Source of the DNA: Perkinsus chesapeaki ATCC PRA-425
Taxonomy: Eukaryota > Protista > Perkinsozoa
DNA length: 41,630 nucleotides
Reading direction: 5' to 3'
Assembly (NCBI GenBank): GCA_013115145.1
Contig: JAAPAO010000298.1
Location: 1-41,630 of the forward strand
The notes below the pieces were generated by a model that was given only the letters and a program-made list of their open reading frames with translations, did not search any database and had not been told where the DNA came from. How positions within the stretch are numbered: the first letter of the stretch is position 1; each line of letters opens with the position of its first letter. Below, piece by piece: positions 23,402 through 33,226 of the stretch. Made by a program: the position numbers and the translations under genes.

Positions 23402-26196
23402 ATGGTTGATATACCTGTGCCCCCAACTACAACTCGTCATCCTGATATAACATTTATTATTTCCTATTTAACCTCCTCCTTCTCTTCGTCTACCCGTTCC
23501 AAACGTCTGGCCTTACTCGGATGCGTCTTCGCCTGTGTAGCAGCCTGTGTTGCTGCTTTATTATTAGTATTATCGAATCGGGGCAAGTCATGGCATAGGT
23601 TACGTAGATCTAGATTGGTATTAGCAAGACTTGCTTCATTATTGCTCACAGAGTGGAAGCTACTATTGCGGTAGGCAGCATGATGATGATGATGCATATC
23701 TGACCACTAAAGTGTAATTAGGATAATATCAACAGCGTGTCGATCAACCTCAGAGTTAAGGGTACTCCTTGAAAGGATTGACCGTGCCTTAACAGAGGTA
23801 GTCATTAACCTCCTCCTCCTCATCCATCAGCTACTGCCTGTACAGGTCCTAGCTGATCGTGATATGGTTGGTTTGGCTGTTGCTAGTTCTCAAAGGAATC
23901 AGGCTAGCAGCAGCCCTAATGCCTCAACAGTAGGGTTACCAGGGCTTGGTCATAATGGTCAAGGAAGGAAGCTGAAGCCAGCAGCTACTATGGCACTGCA
24001 TGAATTCAAGAGGAGCAAACGTAATAGACTGGTTGGGTGTAGTTAAATATGGTGCAGATTGTGTAACTTTCGGTGGCACCAGGATTGCAGGGGGAGGTGT
24101 ATCTGCTCCTGAGGAATCACGTCCTGAATCTAGTGCAGAGGATATCTCTGAAGAAGAGGTAATGCATGCTTCAACCTTTGGGTTTGGTCACTACTGAGGT
24201 TTAGGGTTGTAGCCCACAAGCCAGACTGGAGGCAGCTCAACGCCGTTATAACAGAGGGGAGACATTACCAACCCTACAGCCACGTAGAGATGTAATGCAT
24301 TGTATCATCATCAACTGGGGGTAGTTATAGTAGCATATGTCAGCCAGCAGAGGTCCTTCATAATGCCCTTGAATCGGCAAGTAAGGTTGGAGGAGGATCT
24401 ACTAGCAGCAGACAGAAATCATATGATGTTCATGGATCATCGTCTTCGTCACCACCTGCCGATCTTGACGGTACTGAGGGGGGTTAGGTTGTATATAAGT
24501 TGGGTATAGGATCCAGTAGCCCATCTGCTGTTGAACTGTTGGATGGCTGCTGCCTCAACTATTATTATGTTGTTATTCAGTACCACCACTGAAGCGTAGG
24601 CTATTTGAAAGCCTTCGTATATTATGTATTGATATTGGTGGTACTAGAACTAAGTTTATGTATGAACACGGTAATAAAAGAGTATTATTACCAGCAGCAG
24701 ATAGCGCACAGCTATGGGATAAACCTAATAGATTAGAGAGTTTAAGGAAGAGATTAGCATCACATTTGGTAGTAATAGCACTAATAAAAATAGGCTAACC
24801 CTGCCACTAGAGGCTATATGTGTGTAGATTGGATCAACATCTGATGAGGATATGGATTCAACTGATGGCCCTGATGATGATGAGCCAGGAAGGCCACCTA
24901 GCCCGTATATTAGGCAAAGGCAGCTACCGGTCGCCATGCACCAGATTGATAGAGTCGTATTCTCTGTAATATATCTGCTACTGCTGCTGCTGCTGGTATT
25001 GGTATTACTCTTGGATGGTATTCTGGATGATAGGTACCTGGTACGGTAGAGTTGACCACGGACTTGGATAAAGAGGATATGTGTACGGTAAAGAACATGC
25101 CCAGCTTATCGCCTCTATTTAGAGGGTAGTCAGCATGGTAACGGATGATTCTCATGTGATCTACGGCAAACAGGTTTAACTTCAAAAGTGCCTTCTCGGT
25201 CCTATTCCCATGTGCTAAGATATACGCAGTTGCTGATAACTTAGCAGCAGCCATGGGGGTTGCATGTATGCCTAGATGCAGGAACCTGAGTGCAGGACTA
25301 GTAGTGGTACTTGGTACAGCACCAGCAGCAGCTACATTCTTCCGACCACCATCAAATGGTGTACATCATAGACATGCTCTTAGTGCTAAGACTATAGAGC
25401 TGGCTATGTGGCAAAGTTGGATATGGTTTACTAAGATGCCATTAAACGATCCATATGGGTAAGGCTCATGGATTAGAGGGGCTAGGGGATAGCTAGAGGT
25501 GTCAGATACTGTGGTGGATTGAAGGTTAGTGAGGATGGGAAAATAATACAATTAAAGGATCAGAATCAGTACTGGGGGATAGGGTTGCCACCCGACATGA
25601 TTGGGGTGAGGGTATTTAGAATGTAATTTATTCACTGTGGTAGGTGCAAGATACCTCATCATCAAGCTAGGATACGCTTTGCTTTGGATACTCTAACATG
25701 GAAAAGGCTAAGAGGAAAGCATCCTGATCTTCCTAAGGAGGTAATAGTAGGATAGGCTTTGAGTGTTATGGGTGATTGATAGATGCAAGGGAATCTATCC
25801 GAGGCAGAGGCTACTAAGGTATGGTGTTCTAGGGTACAAAGTATGGTTAATGTTATGGCACAAAGGTTTCATGGTGTATATGGTCCACCTGATATAGTGG
25901 TAGTAGGATTGAGGGAGGGGAGGATGAGGGGATGGGTTGAGTAGGTATTACTAGGAGGTAACTCGTTACGATGTAAAGGGCAAGTTAATGAGGCTGAATA
26001 CTTTGACCCTGATTGTTCAAGTAAGCTTGGGAGCGGGAGGATGATGATGGTCGTGTTTGATATCCTTTTGATGATAGGATCTATACCGGTAAGGGTTCCT
26101 GTGATGATACCAGACTCGGATAGCGAACAACAATTACTACATATGTCTGGTCTAGCACAAGCTGCTGCTTATAGGATACAACAAGTAGTATTGTAG
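23402..26196 (+). CDS. ROK-family (polyphosphate-glucokinase-like, actin-like fold) kinase with an N-terminal transmembrane anchor and long low-complexity linker; multi-exon
   Basis: TM KRLALLGCVFACVAACVAALLLVLSNR. Kinase motifs in order: ILCIDIGGTRTK (24619-24654), IDRVVFS|VPGTV, NMPSLSPLFRG|FNFK, IYAVADNLAAAMG, GLVVVLGT, WCSRVQ...PPDIV|VLLGGNS, HMSGLAQAA. Stop TAG at 26194-26196. Confidence 0.72.
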
Positions 26197-26541
26197 AGAG
26201 GCTGTTGTAATAGTTATAAGGTTGGATGTTGTTGTTGTTGTTCCTTAATAGGTCCATGCACCTGGCCCTGATCCCTTAGCTAGGGGATGGACTAGAGGTG
26301 GAGAGATATATCTATGGCAGAGAAGGCCTGAGATATTGTAACTGCTACTACTGCTCTTATTTATTATTAGTACCATTAGGGTCATTATTATTTTTACCAT
26401 TCTCCTGCACTATGGCTTTCCTATCCACTATCACCTTTATTTGATTGTCTCCCTCGCACATCTCACTTCTCCTCCTCCTTTGGAGCTATTAATATTGTTA
26501 TGTTAATACACCGTCACAACCTTTATAGTTTAATCCTTCCA

Positions 26542-29436
26542 ATGACCGAGTCCATATCCATTCTTCAAAGGTTAGAGGAGGTAACCACCCGCCTGGAGCA
26601 GCTATACAGTGCTAGTAGCAAGGCAGCAGCAGGGCCTTCAGCTAATAGAGGGTAGGAGGGAGGAGGACGAGGACACAGGTGGCTTTGGATGGTGGCACCA
26701 TTAGGCCTCCCCCACCACCAGAGTTGCCGGATTTTATATCAGACTTTGACAGAAGGATGTGCCCAGTGTTGGAGGGTGTGGTTAAGGCCGGTCGGGGTGT
26801 TGGTGTGGAGGCGGTAGTGTTGGCTACTGAGAAGTATGTTGAAAGTGTGAAGATGTTAAGGAATGTAACAGCCTACAAGGAAGGTCAATTGGTTAATCTT
26901 TGGTTTGGTTCAGTTGCTATTGTTAACTAGTATAGCTAGTAAGCCTGGTGATGCAGATTGGCAGTTCGTATTAGCACCTGTCATGGAGCTAGGGAAGGCT
27001 GTCGGAGCTCTAGGTGGGCGGGCATGCCCAGTAGAGTATGTACTACATATTAAGGGTACTGTAGAGGCTATGAATATTGTAAGGTGATGATAGGTTGGGT
27101 ATATGGGTTATGTTATAATTACTAGGTTATGGTATTTGTTACACCTGGTAACCCAAAAGCAGTCATAGCTAACTGTTTGGAGAGTGCTGACTATTACTTT
27201 ATGCAGGTATTATATAAGGGGATGTATCTTCCACCTGCACAAGGATTGTCTTCCAGCTCTTCACTGCTGCCATAGGTGGTTGGATAGATCCCAGGTCATT
27301 ATTTGACTTCACCCTCTCTCGTTGAAATGCATAAACTAATTCGACACCTGATCTGGAACTTTACTGGTAGAGCAACCCGAGCACTAATTATAAAATCTAA
27401 TATATTAGAAGCATAATAGAAAGTAGTTTAATAGGAAATATATTATTAGACGAAGCACGAAGTGCATTCTGTATCGTAATGATGTTGTATTACTTGAAGA
27501 TTGATCAGGTATTGAGACGTAAAGTGGATGTGGAGTCGTCGTGGGTTAAGGCTATTAAGGGTAGTCTTACAGCTTTAATGGACTACTTTAATGATGATGA
27601 AAGATATAAAATGGGTATCATGTGGAAGGTTAATAGTGGTGTAGCAGCTAAAGAGTAAGGTACATACTGTTATATCTGCTGTATTGTTATTGTTATAGTT
27701 TCCTTACCAAGCATGTCTTGACGGCAGCACCCTGGCCAGCTAGTATAGCATCCCCATCAGCACCAACAGCTAAGGGACATGCTCCACCACCACCACCTCC
27801 AAGTAGTAGACCTGGATAGGAAATAATAAGGAAATACGTTTACACGTCCCAATACTAAGAAAGCAGTCATGTCCTTTCGGTGAGGGAATCTTACAGCTTG
27901 AGATATTAAAATAATACCTCACCACTGTTAAATGGTGATGTTTCAGATGCTAAGGGTAAAGCCCCACCACCACCGCCACCTTCAGGAGGGATGGCTAATG
28001 GAGGTAGGATGTATGTTATCTGTTGGATATGGCCCCTCTGTAGCTCCACCTCCTCCTCCTAGAGCTGGTGCTGCCCCAGCACCTGGTGGAATGGCTGCGG
28101 TAATAAGGGGTAAGGGTTCATTGAGTAGGCGGCAAGTGTTAGGTATTCGCTGATATACGTAAGATTGGTACAGAAGGTAAAAGCTTAAAGCATGTAACTA
28201 AGGATATGAAGAGTAAGAATATTAAGCAATCACATGTACCGGATAAATACCGTAAGTAGTAGTCTGGTCTTAATTAGCAGGGCAACTGTGGTCTAGTTAC
28301 AGCTGTCAATGGTAATGGCTCATCAAAAAGTGGATCTGTGAAGGCACCTGAAGGAGGGCCTACTGTAAAACCTCCTCGCTGTGAGGTAATGGAGCTGCTA
28401 GGCAGGGTGCTGGGCTAAGGGAAGGGTACGTATTAGGTGCTTAGGGATAATTGGATAGTAGAGAACTACGTCAATCATCCGGAGGTGTTGGAGCTACCTG
28501 ATGTAACTATGAAGCAATTAGTTTATATATCCAACTGTACTAAAACAACTGTGCAAATACCAACTAAGGTAACTCTGAAGAGTAAGGAGCTTACCTAATG
28601 GTTACTCAGTGTAAATCGGTGTGTATTGATGGATGTAAGAATGTACAGCTGGTGTTAGATAGTGTCATATCATCTGTTGAATTAGTTAACTGTGAGAGGT
28701 AGCAGTACTATACTTCATAACCATAACCCTTTGTCCTTATGTCAGTTGCCGTGTTCAAACTATTGGCTGTGTACCTTGTGTTAGCATTGACAAGTGTTCA
28801 GGGGTAATATCTAGTAGTTTATCGCCCATTCACAGCTTCTAGTCCTCCTTCTACTCTATAGGCGACACCAATATAATGCTTGTTGGTATGTTATTAATTA
28901 TAGAGGCTTCCTCTTAGTATACCAAAGCTCAATTAGAATATAGGACATTACGTTTAGAGGCTCGGAAGAGGAAAATATTGCCTCGGTTTATATTAGGCAA
29001 TTCTACGGCTATGTGATAGTGTGAATACTCTGTATACTCTGTTAATTAACGAAAGCTGTTGTAAAGCGGCGGCGCTACGATATGTTACTATTGTCTGTTG
29101 TGTTAGCTACTGCAATATCATTAGTAACTGTCGGTAGTAGGTTCAACTATTCTTATCAAAGGCATCTTTAGACTGTGCTATTACTACTAGTAAGAGCTCT
29201 GAGATGAATCTTAATATACCTATGTAATAATGATATTATACAAGTTAGTAACAGTACGTGTGGTTAGATCGGATGATGGAGAATATAAGGAGATGCCTAT
29301 ACCAGAGCAGTTTGTTCATAAGTTAACAGCGGCTGTTGAGGATCCTACCAAAGCTAAGCTACACAGTGACGTTTCTGATCTGTAATAATAATGCTTGTCT
29401 ATAAGTAATTGGTAGTATCTATGCAGGTACGCATGA
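26542..29436 (+). CDS. CAP: Adenylyl cyclase-associated protein (CAP/Srv2), full-length; multi-exon
   Basis: N-terminal LQRLEEVTTRLEQL (RLE motif), helical domain, poly-Pro, WH2-like LKHVTKDMK, and CARP domain WIVENY...CKSVCIDGC...SIDKCSG|VQLFLS...TSKSSEMN...EMPIPEQF. The terminal 10-nt exon 29427-29436 gives SDL|YA*. Confidence 0.93.
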
Positions 29437-29583
29437 CTGAGGGGAGTTCCATTGTTAAGTCAGATAATAATGCAATACATACTACTACTATACGAATTGA
29501 TTAATCATGCCTTTTCTTCCATATCTCATTTATTGTGTTGAAGTAGTGTCGGCTATTGGCATCTATAGTGTACACTGTCCTTC

Positions 29584-32500
29584 ATGGATACTTCGTCATC
29601 CACCCCTACAGCAGCTGCTGCTGTTGAAGGCAGTGAGCCTATAAAGGAAGTAGATGCTCCTAAACTAGTGCTGAATGCTAAGAGGAAGTGTGCACTTGTA
29701 GTCGGGTTCAATGGTAATAACATCTGGATGGTTTTGGAGTCTTTGGCTCTTTGTAGGATAGTATTTAATGTACGTTAGAAAGACTGAAGGGCTCTGAATG
29801 AGGGCCCCAGGTCTAGACAAAGATACTTTTAAGTGAAATGCCTAGTGTAAGATTCATGTTATTCACTAAAGGCTTTCCAACTCATTGTTGATATTGTGAG
29901 AATAACAATGCTAGGGGCTCTCAAATAGTTCCATGAAAGAAAGGCGCCCAGAGAAGTTTAGAATTGCCATTATTTTTCGACCTTCTCTTTACTTCTCGGC
30001 CATTTTGTGTGTCGTATTGCTGTCTCAAGGTACCAAGTACCGTGGCCTGCAAATGAACGTAGATAACTGTGATCGTGTAGAGTATGTTGAATCTGATCTA
30101 TTAGCAGCAATGAAGAAGGCAGGTGTGGTTAAACCTGATGTAACACGTTTAGATGAGATACAATGGACTAGGAGTAGTAGGACTGATGCTGGAGTAAGCA
30201 GTACTTAGAGAAGGAACAAAAGGATACTTGTTGTTGTGGTATAGGTATCAGCAGCAAGAATAGTAGTGAGCGCTAAGATACTTGTGCATGAAGGCCCTAA
30301 TGTTAAGGGTAATAGACAAGCAGATCATGTTAATAGGACGTAATAAGCATATTAACAACTATAGCTGGTTGATTGGTGTTATTAGGTATCCTGAGATAGT
30401 AGATGCTATTAATATGTACTTACCTAAAGAGATAAGAGTATTCAACTGTATGAAGATATGTGCTAGTTTTAATGCACAGAAATCATGTAGTGTATTGGGA
30501 AGGCTGATACAGAACAGGCTAACATACTCGACTAAACATTTCGAAGTCACTGTTATGCTGCGCCGCCCAGCGTCCCTAGATCGCTGAAAAGTCGTATCCC
30601 CATCCATCTGTTGTATGATTCACGAGGATCTCGTCCTTAGGGTCACCACATATATATTCATTTTTCCTTTTAAGGTAACTGGCGGCATTACTCCTACTAC
30701 ATGCCAGCCTCATTAGCTGGTGATGTTGATAACCTTAAAGAGGCACTTGCTCAGTTTACCAATGCCCATAACTATCATAACTTTACTAATCTTAGTGTAA
30801 GGGAGATACGAAGGGCTAAGGAAAGGAAGGCTAAGAAAGCAGCAGCTAAGAAGGATAAACACTGGGGTAGGTGATGATGAGAAGGGGAATGATGATGATG
30901 GATAGTTGTTGCTCAGAGGATGGACCTAAGAAGTCACCGGCTACCTCTACTGATGAGGGGGAGGTTAAGTCAGCTTCAGAGACAACAGAGGAGAAGCCTG
31001 AGAAGACTAAGAAGGCTACACCAGAGGAATCTAGTGCTGCCGAACAGGCTAAGAGGGATGCTAGTAAGATGTACGCTGATGGTGTTACAGCACAGCTTCT
31101 GGACAGGCTCTGAGGAGAAGGTTGAAGAGCCAGCGGCTAAGAAGGCACGTATTGAGCAGCAACATCAGCAGCAGCAGAAGCCAGTAGTGGTTGCTAAGAG
31201 CGATGATGACACCGATGAGGATATGTCATCACCAGAGCAAGGAGGCACCTACATGCCATTCAGTGGTGGGGAAATGGACTGGTAGATAGTAGGCAGCTCT
31301 TTATTAGGCTCTTTACTACCTAGGCTACAAATACTACTAGATCAGTGTAACAGTGCCATACACAGTTTTACAGCAGCACCATTAGAGATGGATAATGGGG
31401 AGAAATGGGTAAGGGTTGATGTTAGAGGACAGTTCTTCCTGTAAGACCACCGTATGGTATATAATGATGCTTATTAATATGGTATAGGTACAACCAAATA
31501 AGGTTAATGATAGGGGCGGCGATAGCCTATGCTAGAGGAGTGTTCCCTAGTATCATATGTATACAGTTTGCTATTGATACCAAGTAGGCACGGTAGATCC
31601 TTCCTCTAGGGGAGTACTGTTATTATCAGTTATAAGTTCCATTCGCCCCTAGCACCGGCATGTGGCCTGATACTACATACTAGTGGCTTTACTGGTATGG
31701 ACACAAGAGCTGGGTATGCTATTATGGAGCATGGCCATCATCACAGTGTAATCGTAGCTATGCTATGGCGCAGTATCATTGATATAGGCAATCGGTGAGT
31801 CAAAGCCTCCAAAGAGCGCTGTGTATGAGTTCCTATCTGAAGAGCAGCAAGAGGAGGCCGATAAGTTCCTAAAGGCTGAGATACTACCAGAAGTGAGGTA
31901 GCTTAACTATGCTTTTTGATATTGTTAATGTATGACTCAGACGACTGTGGCTCGAATCTAATGTCGAGAAAGAGTTTGAGGATGAATGGTTGAACAATGC
32001 TGTCCCTATCACTGATGAGGATGTGGCCCTGATGGCAGGAGCTGTAGAGGAGGCACGTGAGGCGGCGAGTAGGCAAGGATTAGAGCTTCGGACTTTACGG
32101 TATGGCTGTAGGGAACAACGAACCATGTAAGCATCTTGAAGCAAGGGAGAATAAGGTGAAGTCGGTGAAGGAGACCATAGAGAAGCAGGAGACTGATTTG
32201 GCAAACGATGAAAAACGTCAAAGGCGAGGCCTCGGCTTGAAGCTACCTGATGCAGTTAAACGACAGAAGCTTCTCATTGCGGTAAGAGAGTACTTGAGGA
32301 GCAGTAGCAGTGCTGCCTCATACTGCTGTTCTAGCTACTGCCTAATCGTACAGCGAGTGATATCCTATGCACATTCCCTGATGAGATCCTTCCTGGACCA
32401 CGGCTGTACAACATAACTCTTAGAGTGGCATGGTAAGCATGAGTTAAGCACCTTGTCTTCCTGCTGCTATCGCTGTGTTTCCAGGGCTATAGTATTTGGA

Positions 32501-32755
32501 GAGTATGGTCTATCTGCCAGCTCTGGTGTTGATGATATAATGAAGGCAGTAAGGGAACAGGGTATTATTAAGCTAGAGCACGAAGGAAAGGAAATTAATA
32601 TAATGGCTGGGTATAATAAGAAGGAGAAGCAACATCATCATAACAACAAAAATAGCCCTTCCCTCCACAAGCAGCAGGAGGAGGAGGAGGAGCCCGGTGA
32701 CTCGACACCTCCACCACAGAAGCCCATAGAGAATACAGAGCCTGTTACTGAGTAG
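29584..32755 (+). CDS. PUS1: TruA-family tRNA pseudouridine synthase, Pus1-like; multi-exon
   Basis: KRKCALVVGFNG|TKYRGLQ, SSRTDAG|VSA (catalytic Asp), NMYLPKEIRV, HNYHNFT, GQFFL|YNQIRLMIG and PLAPACGLIL. Stop at 32753-32755. Confidence 0.88.
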
Positions 32756-32763
32756 ACTGCAAT

Positions 32764-32932
32764 CACACTTAATCAGTCTAGTGCTGCTGCTGCTGCCACA
32801 CTTAATCAGTCTAGTGCTTTTGCTGCTGCCACACTTAATCAGTCTAGTGCTGCTGCTGCTGCCACACTTAATCAGTCTAGTGCTGCTGCTGCTGCCACAC
32901 TTAATCAGTCTAGTGCTGCTGCTGCCACACTT
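32764..32932. repeat. 33-bp minisatellite, 5 copies plus a partial sixth
   Basis: Unit CACACTTAATCAGTCTAGTGCTGCTGCTGCTGC starts at 32764, 32797, 32830, 32863 and 32896 (30 bp, one TGC lost), with a partial copy at 32926. Copy 2 has GCTG changed to TTTG. Confidence 0.97.
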
Positions 32933-33226
32933 TACTGTAACGTTGTTTCTATCGTTTCCTTATTCTAGAATCCTGTGCAAGGGATTCGTGGGCATCGCTG
33001 TGTTGTTACGCGTAGTTGTTATTATCGCTCGCCCGAGCGGTCAAAAAACATGTCCCCCTCCTCCTCCTCCGATCATTAGCTGCTATTCATTACATGTACT
33101 AGAGAGCACACCGGCTTCAGCTCGGTGGTGTATGCTCCACCATATGCACCAATCTAACACCGGGTGTCTAGTGTAGCATCGTTATCGATATTATCTGACA
33201 GCCTGTGTCTGAGATACCTTTTTCCG

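Noticed and set aside
25253-25400. Signal-peptide/plastid bipartite-like leader in ORF 25253
   Set aside because: The segment is internal to the kinase domain (the VVVLGT strand), not an N-terminus.
23464-25551. Minus-strand ORFs (MHHHHH..., MATGSCL..., MAAAKL...), including two divergent ATGs overlapping in CCATGG at 25251-25256
   Set aside because: These are antisense shadows of the plus-strand ROK-like gene. The plus-strand ATG at 25253 is internal (…NLAAAMG…).
29999-30029. GCCATTTTG...CTCAAG resembling a dinoflagellate/Perkinsus spliced-leader relic
   Set aside because: The two halves are separated by unrelated sequence at an ordinary intron acceptor. No SL relic was seen upstream of the ENT genes either.
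1-32755. RNA-processing cluster (ROK1, TrmO, PUS1)
   Set aside because: The genes are dispersed among unrelated genes, with no evidence beyond chance.
32764-32932. CRISPR-like 33-bp repeats
   Set aside because: Head-to-tail units with no spacers, no cas genes, and a eukaryotic context.
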